Notes under the pieces: model-generated | What the model saw: only the letters and a program-made list of their open reading frames with translations | What the model was told of the DNA's origin: nothing | Databases searched by the model: none | Source: Vibrio vulnificus CMCP6 | Lineage (GTDB): Bacteria > Pseudomonadota > Gammaproteobacteria > Enterobacterales > Vibrionaceae | Reading direction: 5' to 3' | Length of the DNA: 32,000 nt | Assembly: GCF_000039765.1 (NCBI RefSeq) | Contig: NC_004459.3 | Span: 1,350,001 to 1,382,000 of the forward strand | In this document: piece after piece, positions 9,786 through 20,379 of the stretch | How the letters are laid out: each line of letters starts with the position of its first letter | Numbering within the stretch: the stretch's first letter is position 1 | Program-made: the position numbers and the translations under genes

Positions 9786-12299
9786 TTAGAACAGCGCTTC
9801 TTCATCACTGGAAGAGGAATAGATGCTTTCTTCCTCGACGCTAGAAACATACTCAGTCGGCTCTGTCCCTTTAATGAAGTACTCAAACATAGCGCTGTCA
9901 TCGGTCTTGTTGGTTAATAGCCCGGTTTCACGATCGATGCGCACACGCACTATATTCGCGGGTAACACTTTTTCATGTTCAGGCACGCCTTCTAAAGCCA
10001 GTTTCATAAAATCAATCCACGCTGGCAATGCAGTTTTCGCTCCAGATTCGGCCCCAGAGGTTTGTTTACCATCTAAGTTGGCGTTAGTGGTGGTTTTTCC
10101 GAGCGTGCGACTATGGTCATCAAAACCTACCCAAGAAATCGCGACCACACCCGGGCCATAACCGTTATACCAAGCGTCTTTGGAATCGTTGGTTGTACCG
10201 GTTTTACCGCCGATATCGCGTCGACCCAACGTTTGTGCACGCCAGCCTGTGCCATTCCAACCTGTACCTTCACGCCAGTTACCACCCCCCCAGATGTTGC
10301 TGTACATCATTTCGCGCATGATAAAAGCATTCTGTTCGCTGATCACTTGCTTGGCAAATGGCTGAGTGCTCTCGGTGCTTTCACCATTCTCATTCTCTAC
10401 AATGGTTTGCGTGGCCACTGGGCAATCTTGCTGACAGATGGTTTGTGGCTGTGACTCAAACACGACATTGCCATAAGGATCTTCAATATGGCTGATGTAA
10501 TAAGGCTCTACATAGTAGCCCCCATTGGCAAAAACCGAGAATCCCTGTGCCATCTTCATTGGGGTTAAGCTACCTGCACCCAAGGCAATGGTTTCTGAAC
10601 GTGGCAGTTGGTCGAGCTCAAAACCAAAGCGAGTGAGGTATTCACGCGTTTCATCCAGCCCGACTTCACGCAGAGTACGAACCGCCATGACGTTTTTCGA
10701 CGTTGCTAAGCCAATACGTAAACGGGTTGGGCCAATGTAAGTCGGAGGAGAGTTCTTAGGACGCCATGCTGTACCTTGGCTCTCATCCCATTTGTTGATT
10801 GGTGCATCGTTGATCAGCGTGGCCAGAGTCATGCCGTTATCAATCGCCGCCGAGTAAATAAAGGGTTTGATACTCGAACCTACTTGGCGAACCGACATGG
10901 TGGCACGGTTAAACTTGTTGTGAACAAAGTTAAAGCCACCCACGAGGGAAAGTACCGCGCCATTATCAGGGTTCATGGCGATAAAGGCGGTATTGGCGTT
11001 AGGCACTTGACTTAAGTGCCAGCTTTCCTGGCTTTCGCCTTTGTCATCGGTAGTCACTACTTTGCGAACCCAAATTTGCTCGCCCGGCGCTAAGATGTCT
11101 TTGGCTGAGTTTGGTGCACTGCCTTGACGTTCATCAGTGATGAACTTGCGCGCCCAGTTCATGCCTGACCATGCGATGGTTTGGCTTTGTTCACGTTTAA
11201 CCCAAATGGTTGCGTTTTTGCTTTCAACCTTGGTCACAATCGCTGGAATCAATTCGCCGTAAGTCGGTTGGTTGCTCAGATGATCGTCCATCTTCGCTTC
11301 ATCCCAAGCGGCTTCGCCTGCTTTCCACAGCACACTTTCTTCACCACGGTAGCCGTGACGCTCATCGTAGGCTAATAAGTTGTCAATCGCGGCTTTGTTG
11401 GCTGCGGCTTGGAGCTTAGAGTCGATGGTCATGTAGACATTCATACCGGACGTATACGCTTTCTCTTCGCCGTACTCCTGTACCATCCATGCACGCGCGA
11501 GCTCAGCCACATAAGGAGCACTGACCTCGATCTCCGCGCCGTGGAATTGAGAAATCAATGTTTCCGCTCGTGCTGCGTCATACTCTTCTTGGGTGATGTA
11601 TTTTTCATCCAACATGCGCATTAGGACGACGTTACGACGATTGGTTGCGCGTTCTAGCGAATAGATAGGGTTCAGTGTCGATGGTGCTTTTGGCATACCC
11701 GCCAAAGTCGCAATCTCGCTTAAGGAGAGATCTTGCAAATCTTTGCCAAAATAGACTCGAGCTGCCGCCCCAAAACCGTATGAGCGATAACCAAGGAAAA
11801 TTTTATTAACGTAAAGCTCCATGATCTCCTGCTTGCTCAGCAGTTGCTCAATATGGATGGCGATAAAAATTTCTTTCACTTTACGCATTAACTTCTTTTC
11901 ATTCGAGAGGAAGAAGTTACGTGCCAATTGCTGAGTAATGGTACTTGCGCCCTGTTTAGCGGAACCTGACATCGCGACAACTAACGCCGCTCGGGTAATA
12001 CCAATCGGGTCGATACCGTAATGATCATAGAAACGGCTATCTTCAGTCGCGATCAGCGCGTGGATCAGCGATTGAGGAATTTGGTCGTAGGTCACTGGAA
12101 TGCGACGCTTTTCACCAAATTGCGCAATTAATTTCCCATCTTGGCTAAACACCTGCATCGGAGTTTGTAACTCAACATTTTTGAGTGTCGCCACATCTGG
12201 CAGTTCTGGCTTAACGTACTGATAAAAGCCAAAAATTGTTGTGACTCCAAGAATTATGCAAATTAATGCAAATATAAGTAAACGCTTTATGAACTTCAC
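9786..12299 (-). CDS. mrcA: penicillin-binding protein 1A (bifunctional transglycosylase/transpeptidase)
   Basis: 837 aa. Glycosyltransferase motifs (ALIATEDSRFYDHYGIDPIGITRAA, KQGASTITQQLARNFFLS) and transpeptidase motifs (VGSSIKPFIYSAAID, GGKTGTTND). Confidence 0.96.
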   Translation of the reverse strand: MKFIKRLLIFALICIILGVTTIFGFYQYVKPELPDVATLKNVELQTPMQVFSQDGKLIAQFGEKRRIPVTYDQIPQSLIHALIATEDSRFYDHYGIDPIGITRAALVVAMSGSAKQGASTITQQLARNFFLSNEKKLMRKVKEIFIAIHIEQLLSKQEIMELYVNKIFLGYRSYGFGAAARVYFGKDLQDLSLSEIATLAGMPKAPSTLNPIYSLERATNRRNVVLMRMLDEKYITQEEYDAARAETLISQFHGAEIEVSAPYVAELARAWMVQEYGEEKAYTSGMNVYMTIDSKLQAAANKAAIDNLLAYDERHGYRGEESVLWKAGEAAWDEAKMDDHLSNQPTYGELIPAIVTKVESKNATIWVKREQSQTIAWSGMNWARKFITDERQGSAPNSAKDILAPGEQIWVRKVVTTDDKGESQESWHLSQVPNANTAFIAMNPDNGAVLSLVGGFNFVHNKFNRATMSVRQVGSSIKPFIYSAAIDNGMTLATLINDAPINKWDESQGTAWRPKNSPPTYIGPTRLRIGLATSKNVMAVRTLREVGLDETREYLTRFGFELDQLPRSETIALGAGSLTPMKMAQGFSVFANGGYYVEPYYISHIEDPYGNVVFESQPQTICQQDCPVATQTIVENENGESTESTQPFAKQVISEQNAFIMREMMYSNIWGGGNWREGTGWNGTGWRAQTLGRRDIGGKTGTTNDSKDAWYNGYGPGVVAISWVGFDDHSRTLGKTTTNANLDGKQTSGAESGAKTALPAWIDFMKLALEGVPEHEKVLPANIVRVRIDRETGLLTNKTDDSAMFEYFIKGTEPTEYVSSVEEESIYSSSSDEEALF

Positions 12300-12438
12300 C
12301 GGAGAATCCCTGTTTAGTTGAGGCTGTATGACGGCAAACCCTTGTACTCTAGGCTAAAAAGTTAGCTCTGCTGCTATTAACTCTTATTTGACGGTTAATA
12401 ACAACCTCTGAGCTAAAGAAAATGGGAGCTGTTTTGAG

Positions 12439-13446
12439 ATGGGTAAGCCGTTCGTTACCGGAATTGATATTGGTCATCGTAGCCTCAAGGCTGTCATTCT
12501 GAAACCTTATGGAGAGCACTACGCCCTGTTAGGGTACAAAGAAATAATCATTAAAGACGGTATTTTCTCAGATAACCACACTCTGAATCATCAAGAAATT
12601 GTCAATAGCCTGAAAGAACTGAAGAAGGAACTGCCTCTTTTCCGTTATCAGGTGGCACTGGCGGTGCCTGATAGTTCAGTGATTAGTAAGATGTTATCGA
12701 TCGATGCGGAGTTGGATGGTCGAGAGCGAGAATTCGCTATCCTTCAGGCGTTTGCACATCAGTCGCCATTTCCTGTCGATGAATTATCGATTGATTATGT
12801 CCAATTGGTCGAAGAAACCAGCAAAACGAATCATAGCTATCAAGTTTACGCCACCAAAAAAGAGGTGGTGGAAAGCCGTGTGCGTGTCGCAGAAGAAGTG
12901 GGACTGAAACCCGTGCTGGTAGATGTGCATGCGCATAGCCTGTGCAACATCTTAACGTTAGCGGCAGAGCGCCATCCAGATAAAGCTAGCTATTGCTTGT
13001 TGGATGTGGGTTATGACACCTCCTCTTTGGTGATGTCGCGTCGCAACGAACCGCCTTTAGTTAAAGAATTTGCCTATGGGGTGTCTCACCTCAATGCGTC
13101 GATAGGCGACGATCTGACTTCTCCTGATGCTCATGAGAAAACCGACATCTTTAATAAAGAACTGACAGAGCGAGTTCGTCGGCAATTGCAGCTGTTCCAA
13201 TCTATGGATAGCCAAAGCAAAGTGAATGGCCTCTGGATCTGCGGTGAAGGCGCGATTACTCCGTTGTTGAGTGAAACGTTGCAGAGAAAGCTGAGTTTGG
13301 AGTGCGAAGTCCTTAATCCTCTGGCTCTGTTTGAGCAAAAAACGGCGAAAAGAAAGCGCCGTATTGTTGATTGGCACCATTTTTCGGTGGCAGCGGGATT
13401 AGCGATTGGTGGCATTCAGTGGCTGGAGGATAGCCATGCAGCATAA
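12439..13446 (+). CDS. pilM: type IV pilus inner-membrane platform ATPase-like protein PilM
   Basis: MGKPFVTGIDIGHRSLKAVILKPYGEHYALLGYKE..., actin-like fold signature. First gene of the pilMNOPQ order. Confidence 0.92.
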   Translation: MGKPFVTGIDIGHRSLKAVILKPYGEHYALLGYKEIIIKDGIFSDNHTLNHQEIVNSLKELKKELPLFRYQVALAVPDSSVISKMLSIDAELDGREREFAILQAFAHQSPFPVDELSIDYVQLVEETSKTNHSYQVYATKKEVVESRVRVAEEVGLKPVLVDVHAHSLCNILTLAAERHPDKASYCLLDVGYDTSSLVMSRRNEPPLVKEFAYGVSHLNASIGDDLTSPDAHEKTDIFNKELTERVRRQLQLFQSMDSQSKVNGLWICGEGAITPLLSETLQRKLSLECEVLNPLALFEQKTAKRKRRIVDWHHFSVAAGLAIGGIQWLEDSHAA

Positions 13447-14026
13447 GATCAACCTGTTACCTTGGCGTGAACACAAGCGTGAGGAGCATAAACGTCGTTT
13501 TGTCAGTCTGGTCGCATTAGGTGCCCTGATCGCGGTCGGTATTCAGTGGGGCATTGGCCAGTACTTTTCATACCAACAACGTTTGCAGCAAGAGCGTCTC
13601 GATTATCTTACCCACTATATCGCACAGTTGGATCAGCGTATCCAAGCGATGAACATTGCCAAGGAAGAGCATAGCCAGATCCTCGCTCGACTCAAGGTTG
13701 TCGAGTCGCTTCAAGCGGAACGCAACAAAACCACCGCATTTATGAACTTGATGACGGAACTGATCCCTGAGGGGGTGTATGTCGACAAGATCAAAATGAA
13801 CACCAACGACGTTGAGTTGGCTGGCATAAGCGATAGTACCGCTCGACTCGCCACCATGTTGGATAATTTGGAACGTTCCACCTTTCTAAAAGAAGTGGAA
13901 ATGCATTCGATTGTTCATGACAAGAAGCGTTTTGGTAAGAGCTTCCAGACGTTTACCGTCTCTTTTGTGTTTGATGAACATGCCGATTCTGCCAATACGT
14001 TGGCCAAGGAGGGGAATCATGGCTAG
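13436..14026 (+). CDS. pilN: type IV pilus assembly protein PilN
   Basis: MQHKINLLPWREHKREEHKRRFVSLVALG..., with the N-terminal INLLPWR motif. The start at 13436 overlaps the end of pilM. Confidence 0.92.
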   Translation: MQHKINLLPWREHKREEHKRRFVSLVALGALIAVGIQWGIGQYFSYQQRLQQERLDYLTHYIAQLDQRIQAMNIAKEEHSQILARLKVVESLQAERNKTTAFMNLMTELIPEGVYVDKIKMNTNDVELAGISDSTARLATMLDNLERSTFLKEVEMHSIVHDKKRFGKSFQTFTVSFVFDEHADSANTLAKEGNHG

Positions 14027-14609
14027 TTGGCAAGATCTCGATATTGATGAAATCACAGATTGGCCGATTTTACCGCAGGCGGCGGTTGTCGTGTTGCTGA
14101 TGTTGATCATTCAAGGTTTTGGTTATTGGTTCTATCTCAAGCCGGAAACGGAAGTGTTGCAAAGGATGGTCACAGAAGAGCAAACGCTGAAAATCTCGGC
14201 TCGAATTAAGGCGACCAAAGTGGCTGCCTTGCCGCAACTTCAATCGCAACTTGATGAACTGACTCAGCGCTATGAATTCTTACTTAAGCAACTGCCCGTG
14301 CAGAAGGAGTTGGCGACAATGTTGGCGTCGGTCAATGAACTCGGCATTCAAAGTAAGCTCACGTTTACACGTATCGATTGGGGGGAAAAGCAAACCAAGG
14401 ATTTCCTTTACCAACTGCCTTTGAATATTGAGTTAACCGGGGATTATCACGATATCGGTGAATTTTCTGAAGCGATTGCCCGCTTGCCTCGCATTATCAG
14501 TTTTACCGATGTGACTTGGCATCGAGTGAGTATGGAAAGCAGCACCTTGCACTTCCGAGTAAAAGCGAACACCTATCAGTTCAAGTCGGAGGCTGTCCAT
14601 GAGAAGTAG
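14019..14609 (+). CDS. pilO: type IV pilus assembly protein PilO
   Basis: MASWQDLDIDEITDWPILPQAAVVVLLMLIIQGFGYWFYLKPE.... The track start at 13911 lies within pilN. ATG 14019 is the likely start. Confidence 0.9.
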   Translation: MASWQDLDIDEITDWPILPQAAVVVLLMLIIQGFGYWFYLKPETEVLQRMVTEEQTLKISARIKATKVAALPQLQSQLDELTQRYEFLLKQLPVQKELATMLASVNELGIQSKLTFTRIDWGEKQTKDFLYQLPLNIELTGDYHDIGEFSEAIARLPRIISFTDVTWHRVSMESSTLHFRVKANTYQFKSEAVHEK

Positions 14610-15111
14610 TTTATCGCTCGTCGCTGTGCTGGTCTTGCTATCGGGTTGTCGAGCGAATACCGAACCGATGGAAGGTTTTATCCGCCAAGTTGAATCGGAA
14701 GCACGTCAAGAAATGGCCAAGTTACAGCCAGAGCGCGAGTACATCCCGATTGATTACTTAGCTCGAGAAAATCGCCGTCCTTTTGAATTACCTAAGGAAG
14801 CCGTGATTGCCTCTCAACCTGTCGTTAAGAAAGACTGCTGGCAGCCACCTTCACGGGCTAAAAATGGCAAGTTGGAGCGTTATCCACTTAGCCAATTGCG
14901 TCTGAAAGGGGTGATGGGGAGTGGCAATACCATTGCCGGTCTCGTACAGACTCCACAAGGCAAAGTGGAGAAAGTTCACCCAGGGCAATTTATCGGCCAG
15001 AACAATGGCAAAGTGACCGTAGTAACGCCGTCTTACATATTGATCAATGAAACCCTTCCTGATGGTTTAGGTTGCTGGCAGCAACGTAAAGTCAGACTGG
15101 CATTGAGATAG
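14599..15111 (+). CDS. pilP: type IV pilus assembly lipoprotein PilP
   Basis: Lipobox-like LSGCRANTEP, YPLSQLRLKGVMGSGNTIAGLVQTPQGKVEKVHPGQFIGQNNGKV, between pilO and pilQ. Confidence 0.9.
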   Translation: MRSSLSLVAVLVLLSGCRANTEPMEGFIRQVESEARQEMAKLQPEREYIPIDYLARENRRPFELPKEAVIASQPVVKKDCWQPPSRAKNGKLERYPLSQLRLKGVMGSGNTIAGLVQTPQGKVEKVHPGQFIGQNNGKVTVVTPSYILINETLPDGLGCWQQRKVRLALR

Positions 15112-15139
15112 GCAAGAAATTTTAGTGATTTGTGAGTTG

Positions 15140-16909
15140 ATGATGAAAAACAAAATCCAATTGTTTCCGGGAATGCTTTCCCAATTCGTCTGCCTGTTGT
15201 CTGTTTGCATCTTTACCACCTTTGCAAACGCACAATCTGAAGCAGAAAATGCGCTCAAGAGCATCGATTTCAGAACCAACGCTGCCAAAGATGCGATTAT
15301 CATCGTTGAATTGGCAACGCCTGCAACGGTGGTGGATTTGAAACCGGTAGCGGAAGGATTGAGCATCGAGTTGATCAATACCTCGGTCAAAGATGAGCAG
15401 CTCTATCTGCTCGATGTCAAAGATTTCTCGACCGTGGTTGAAAGTATCGAAGTGTTCAGAGAAGTGTCCAAAACCCGTCTTGTTGCGAATGTTAGTGGTG
15501 AATTTCGTCACGACTATCGTCTGTCTGGACGCTATCTCGAGGTGACAATTTCTCGCATCAAATCGGAACAAGAAGCCCGTGAACAAAGTGTGTTGGAAAA
15601 AGAAGGCAAGTTGATTTCTATCAACTTCCAAGATATTCCAGTGCGTAATGTTTTGCAGCTTATCGCAGACTACAATGGCTTCAACCTCGTGGTGTCTGAT
15701 TCCGTGACTGGTAATGTGACGTTGAGATTGGATGGCGTACCTTGGCAGCAAGTGCTCGATATCATTCTTCAAGTGAAAGGTTTAGATAAACGTGTTGAAG
15801 GCAATGTTGTGCTCATCGCTCCTCAAGATGAATTGGATTTGAGAGAGAAGCAGCAGCTTGAGAAAGAGCGTCTGGCGGAAGAGCTTGGCTCCCTCAAATC
15901 GGAAATCATCAAAGTCAACTTTGCCAAAGCGTCAGACATCGCTGAGATGATCAATGGCAAAGAGTCGGTCAGCATGCTGTCAGAGCGTGGTAGTGTGGCG
16001 ATTGATGAACGGACAAACTCTCTTTTGTTGCGTGAGTTACCCGAAAACATCGAAGTGATTCGAGAAATTATCAATTCGTTGGATATCCCAGTCAAACAGG
16101 TACAAATTGAAGCGCGAATTGTTACGGTGAACGAAGGCAATCTTGATGAGCTTGGTGTACGTTGGGGTTTCACCTCCATCAACGGCAGCACAACTGTCGG
16201 TGGTTCAATCGAAAACAACCTTGCAACCATTGGTCTCTACAATGCAGGTAGTGGTAGTGGCAGTGGTGACTCAGGTAGCGGCGGCAGTGGCAGTGAAGGC
16301 GGTTCGGCCTCCATTGATGATTTCCTCAATGTCAATCTTGCTGCGACCTCTGCAAACGCCTCAAGTATTGCTTTCCAAGTGGCTAAATTGGGGTCGGATT
16401 TGTTGTTGGATCTCGAACTCTCTGCACTGCAACGCGAATCAAAAGCGGAAATTATTTCTAGCCCTCGTTTGATCACAACCAATAAGAAGCCTGCTTATAT
16501 CGAGCAAGGTACGGAGATCCCTTATCTAGAGTCTTCCTCCAGTGGAGCTACCACGGTTTCATTTAAGAAAGCCGTGCTTAGCCTGAAAGTGACCCCACAG
16601 ATCACGCCTGACAATCGTCTCGTGTTGGATTTAAGCGTTACACAAGATAGACCCGGCGAAATTGTCAAAACAGGCACTGGAGAAGCGGTTGCGATTGATA
16701 CTCAGCGCATCGGTACACAAGTCTTGGTCAATAATGGTGAAACGGTAGTGTTAGGCGGTATCTTCCAACACAGTATTACCAATACCACGGACAAGGTTCC
16801 TCTGTTAGGCGATTTACCTTTATTGGGGGCGCTTTTCCGCCGTAGCTATGAAAACGTGGGTAAACGTGAATTGCTGATATTTGTCACACCTAAGGTTATC
16901 TTGCAGTAG
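15140..16909 (+). CDS. pilQ: type IV pilus secretin PilQ
   Basis: Signal peptide, AMIN-like region, STN-like ISINFQDIPVRNVLQLIADYNGFNLVVSD, secretin domain (VTPQITPDNRLVLDLSVTQDRPGE..., TVVLGGIFQ). Start may alternatively be GTG 15125. Confidence 0.94.
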   Translation: MMKNKIQLFPGMLSQFVCLLSVCIFTTFANAQSEAENALKSIDFRTNAAKDAIIIVELATPATVVDLKPVAEGLSIELINTSVKDEQLYLLDVKDFSTVVESIEVFREVSKTRLVANVSGEFRHDYRLSGRYLEVTISRIKSEQEAREQSVLEKEGKLISINFQDIPVRNVLQLIADYNGFNLVVSDSVTGNVTLRLDGVPWQQVLDIILQVKGLDKRVEGNVVLIAPQDELDLREKQQLEKERLAEELGSLKSEIIKVNFAKASDIAEMINGKESVSMLSERGSVAIDERTNSLLLRELPENIEVIREIINSLDIPVKQVQIEARIVTVNEGNLDELGVRWGFTSINGSTTVGGSIENNLATIGLYNAGSGSGSGDSGSGGSGSEGGSASIDDFLNVNLAATSANASSIAFQVAKLGSDLLLDLELSALQRESKAEIISSPRLITTNKKPAYIEQGTEIPYLESSSSGATTVSFKKAVLSLKVTPQITPDNRLVLDLSVTQDRPGEIVKTGTGEAVAIDTQRIGTQVLVNNGETVVLGGIFQHSITNTTDKVPLLGDLPLLGALFRRSYENVGKRELLIFVTPKVILQ

Positions 16910-16960
16910 TGCTGGTGGAGATTGATCGCGAGTGACAGAGCAATTAGATTAAAAATAAAG

Positions 16961-16989
16961 TTGCAATAGCGGCACCATACCTTGATAAT
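16961..16989 (+). promoter_or_regulatory. candidate sigma-70 promoter for aroK-aroB
   Basis: TTGCAA, 17 bp, GATAAT, about 120 bp upstream of the aroK ATG. Confidence 0.5.
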
Positions 16990-17110
16990 TTCGGGTCTTA
17001 TCACGAGTATCTGTGAGGAATTGGTGCCACAAGCGCATATTGAATCGGGATTCATCCGAATTATTCTTGTGGCGATGTCATTGAATTAACGTTGTAAATT
17101 ACTGCTAAAC

Positions 17111-17629
17111 ATGGCTGAGAAACGTAATATTTTCCTTGTTGGCCCAATGGGCGCTGGCAAAAGCACAATTGGTCGATACCTAGCTCAACAACTCCACATG
17201 GAGTTTTTGGATTCTGATACTGTTATTGAAGAGCGCACAGGCGCTGACATCTCTTGGGTATTTGATGTTGAAGGTGAAGAGGGTTTCCGCAAACGTGAAG
17301 AAGCGGTTATCAACGATCTGACACTAGAGCAGGGTATCGTATTGGCAACGGGCGGTGGCTCGGTGAAAAGCCGCGAAAACCGCAATCGTCTTTCTGCACG
17401 TGGTATTGTGGTATACCTAGAAACGACTATCGAGAAACAGCTAGCTCGTACTAACCGTGACAAAAAACGTCCGTTACTACAAACGGATAATCCACGTGAA
17501 GTACTAGAATCACTGGCTGGTGAGCGTAACCCTCTTTACGAAGAGATCGCGGATTACACCGTTCGCACTGACGATCAAAGTGCAAAAGTGGTAGCCAACC
17601 AGATCGTAAAAATGCTAGAAGAAAGCTAA
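17111..17629 (+). CDS. aroK: shikimate kinase I
   Basis: [36 protein letters not shown] (Walker A), 172 aa. Confidence 0.96.
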   Translation: MAEKRNIFLVGPMGAGKSTIGRYLAQQLHMEFLDSDTVIEERTGADISWVFDVEGEEGFRKREEAVINDLTLEQGIVLATGGGSVKSRENRNRLSARGIVVYLETTIEKQLARTNRDKKRPLLQTDNPREVLESLAGERNPLYEEIADYTVRTDDQSAKVVANQIVKMLEES

Positions 17630-17661
17630 GTTAAGTCTTTCTTTTATTGTGGAGTGCAACC

Positions 17662-18753
17662 ATGGAACGGATTACGGTCAATTTAGCTGAACGTAGCTAC
17701 CCAATCACAATAGGCGCCGGGTTGTTTGAAGATTCGGCGCACCTATCTTCTCTCACTGCTGGGCAGAAAGTGGTCGTGATTACCAATGTCACGGTAGCCC
17801 CTCTCTATGCGGATAAAATTCTTTCTTTATTGCAATCTTTAGGTTGTCAGGCCTCGTTGCTTGAACTGCCTGATGGAGAGCAATACAAGAGTTTAGATAC
17901 CTTTAACCAAGTAATGAGCTTTCTTCTCGAGGGAAGCTTTGCCCGTGATGTCGTGGTTATCGCACTAGGTGGTGGTGTAATTGGTGATTTAGTCGGTTTT
18001 TCTGCCGCTTGTTATCAACGTGGTGTGGATTTTATTCAAATTCCAACCACGCTGTTATCCCAAGTGGACTCTTCTGTTGGTGGAAAAACGGCAGTTAACC
18101 ATCCACTAGGCAAAAACATGATTGGTGCATTCTATCAGCCGAAATCGGTGATTATTGATACCAACTGTTTGAAAACTCTTCCTGAACGAGAGTTTGCTGC
18201 GGGTATTGCTGAAGTGATTAAATATGGCATCATTTATGACGCTGAGTTTTTCACTTGGCTCGATGAGCATCTTGATGCGCTGTATTCATTAGATGAACAA
18301 GCATTAACTTACGCCATCGCACGCTGTTGCGAAATTAAAGCAGAAGTGGTGGCGCAAGATGAAAAAGAGTCAGGCATTCGCGCTTTATTGAACTTGGGCC
18401 ATACGTTTGGACACGCGATCGAAGCTGAGCTCGGCTACGGCAACTGGTTACACGGTGAAGCCGTTGCTGCGGGTACTGTCATGGCGGCACGCACCGCACA
18501 GTTACAGGGTATGATCGATCAGCAGCAATTTGATAAGATTTTCTCTATACTTAGCAGAGCTAAGCTGCCAGTACATACACCAGAAAGTATGACGTTTGAC
18601 GATTTCATGACTCATATGATGCGCGATAAGAAAGTGCTATCAGGGAAACTGAGATTAGTCTTACCAAGCAGTATTGGTACCGCTGAGGTCGTGGCTGATG
18701 TTCCTCAAGAGGTCATTCGTCAAGCCATTGAAGATTGTCGCACAATCAATTAA
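17662..18753 (+). CDS. aroB: 3-dehydroquinate synthase
   Basis: [24 protein letters not shown]..., with [49 protein letters not shown]. Start set to ATG 17662. Confidence 0.95.
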   Translation: MERITVNLAERSYPITIGAGLFEDSAHLSSLTAGQKVVVITNVTVAPLYADKILSLLQSLGCQASLLELPDGEQYKSLDTFNQVMSFLLEGSFARDVVVIALGGGVIGDLVGFSAACYQRGVDFIQIPTTLLSQVDSSVGGKTAVNHPLGKNMIGAFYQPKSVIIDTNCLKTLPEREFAAGIAEVIKYGIIYDAEFFTWLDEHLDALYSLDEQALTYAIARCCEIKAEVVAQDEKESGIRALLNLGHTFGHAIEAELGYGNWLHGEAVAAGTVMAARTAQLQGMIDQQQFDKIFSILSRAKLPVHTPESMTFDDFMTHMMRDKKVLSGKLRLVLPSSIGTAEVVADVPQEVIRQAIEDCRTIN

Positions 18754-18761
18754 TCAAACCT

Positions 18762-18789
18762 TAAAATAGCTCCATCAGGGGCTATTTTC
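18762..18789 (+). terminator. weak terminator/attenuator-like hairpin between aroB and damX
   Basis: AAAATAGCTCC...GGGGCTATTTT stem ending in TTTT. Confidence 0.4.
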
Positions 18790-18803
18790 ACAAGGAATCG
18801 CTG

Positions 18804-20300
18804 ATGAGCCGTGCTTTGCCTAATGTACTTGAACTGGATTCTCAAACCGAGCTTTTAGAACGTCTTGAGTTATTGACTAATTTTGGCTCCAACCTTATCA
18901 CTATTAATGGTGCTAAAGGATTTGGTAAGTCTTGGTTAGCGCAACGTTATCTTGAGCAGTATGCGCAGGAAAAAAATCAATGTTTAGTTCTGTGCCATCC
19001 TAGTCAAGATGAAAGCCAGCATCGCACGCTTATTCTTAGCCAGCTTGTCAGTGAGCCGTTGTTTAATCCGCACGATGCTTTGATTGAAAGTGCGGAGCGC
19101 CTTTTTGCTGATCAAGCTTGTGACTTTGCCATTGTTATTGATGATGCTCATCTGTTAAGTGAGGCGCTTGTCTCAGAGCTATGGATGTGGGTGCTGGAAG
19201 CTCAGGCTAACCCTCAATGGACCGTCAACGTCTTGATGTTTAGCGAATCAGGTCAATTAGAGTCACTGTTGACGCGCTTAGGCTACGGGCAGGAGCATAA
19301 ACCAGTCGACCTTGACATTGAAAGGCTGAGTGAAACGGAAGCGATGCGCTTTTTTGAAAACCTGGTGGTTCGTTACATCGACGAAGCCAATGAGAAAAAA
19401 GTGCGTGCCGCATTTAAGAAAGTAGACCCGATTCCAGGGGCAATTATGGCTTTAGGAGATCTCAAGGTGGAAAAAAGGATCATTATCCGCTCGATAGTGG
19501 CATCACCGGTAAATATCGTGCTCACCGTACTGATATTATTGCTGCTCGCCGCGGCAGGCTATTGGTGGATGTTCAGCCAACCAACTGCCGATGAGAAAGC
19601 GCAAGAGATTTCACGAACGCTGGAACAAACAGTGATTCCCACTTTAGAGCCCACTGCCGAAACCCAGGTGATAGATGCCGAGCAAAAAACAGAGCTGGCT
19701 CGACAGCAAGCCGAGGCATTGTCTTTACAAGGTGCACAAGATGATACCGACGCACTCCCCCCAGCGGTGAAAGAGATGACCACTAGCGTTGGCATTAGCG
19801 ATCAAGATCAGCAACGTGTTGTGATTGAGTCAGATGTCGTGGACGCATTGTTGGAAAATAAGCCTCAGCAGGCTGATACCAGTAAGATGGATGCCTTGGT
19901 GGCCGCGAACACGCAAACGACCCCTGTAATCGAAGCGGATGCGCCAGAAAAAATCAACCAAACGCCAGAACAGGATCAAGCGCCTGCTGTTGTGCGTTTT
20001 TCCTTTGCTCGTGAAGAGTTGAAAGCGTTGTCACCAAGAGGTTACACATTGCAACTGGCGGCGATGACGTCGTTGCAAGATGTTCAAGCCTTTTTAGATA
20101 AACACCAGTTGCAGAATCAAGTCCGTATTTATCCGACGCTGAGAAACGACACGGAGTGGTACATCGTGACCTACCGCGATTATCCCACTATTCAAATGGC
20201 TCGAGATGCGGTGAATGAACTGCCGAAATCTCTCCAGTCGCTTGGCCCATGGGCAAAATCGCTCAGTCAGGTACACCGAGAGATAGACCGAGTGAAATAA
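18804..20300 (+). CDS. damX: cell-division protein DamX: N-terminal AAA-type ATPase-like region, central transmembrane segment, C-terminal SPOR domain
   Basis: Walker A GAKGFGKSWLA, transmembrane IVLTVLILLLLAAAGYWWMF, C-terminal GYTLQLAAMTSLQDVQAFLDKHQL...WYIVTYRDYPTIQMARDAVNELP. Lies between aroB and dam. Confidence 0.88.
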   Translation: MSRALPNVLELDSQTELLERLELLTNFGSNLITINGAKGFGKSWLAQRYLEQYAQEKNQCLVLCHPSQDESQHRTLILSQLVSEPLFNPHDALIESAERLFADQACDFAIVIDDAHLLSEALVSELWMWVLEAQANPQWTVNVLMFSESGQLESLLTRLGYGQEHKPVDLDIERLSETEAMRFFENLVVRYIDEANEKKVRAAFKKVDPIPGAIMALGDLKVEKRIIIRSIVASPVNIVLTVLILLLLAAAGYWWMFSQPTADEKAQEISRTLEQTVIPTLEPTAETQVIDAEQKTELARQQAEALSLQGAQDDTDALPPAVKEMTTSVGISDQDQQRVVIESDVVDALLENKPQQADTSKMDALVAANTQTTPVIEADAPEKINQTPEQDQAPAVVRFSFAREELKALSPRGYTLQLAAMTSLQDVQAFLDKHQLQNQVRIYPTLRNDTEWYIVTYRDYPTIQMARDAVNELPKSLQSLGPWAKSLSQVHREIDRVK

Positions 20301-20379
20301 ACCTGAGTTTCGTGGGAAAATATGTTACATTCCGCACCCTTGAAATTGGGTTGATAGATAGAGCAGTAAAGAGCATTCG

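Noticed and set aside
15122-15772. 216-aa reverse-strand ORF opposite pilQ
   Set aside because: Fully antisense to the well-supported pilQ, with low-complexity His/Asp-rich composition typical of a shadow ORF.
15823-16230. 135-aa reverse-strand ORF opposite pilQ (Ser/Arg-rich)
   Set aside because: Antisense shadow of pilQ with no recognisable domain.
16143-16472. 109-aa + strand ORF with VVVAVVTQVAAAVAVKAV tract
   Set aside because: Alternate reading frame of the pilQ Gly/Ser repeat; the repetitive composition comes from the repeat DNA.
12439-16909. pil genes as an undescribed secretion or phage-related system
   Set aside because: Gene order and sequences match the standard pilMNOPQ assembly operon next to mrcA.
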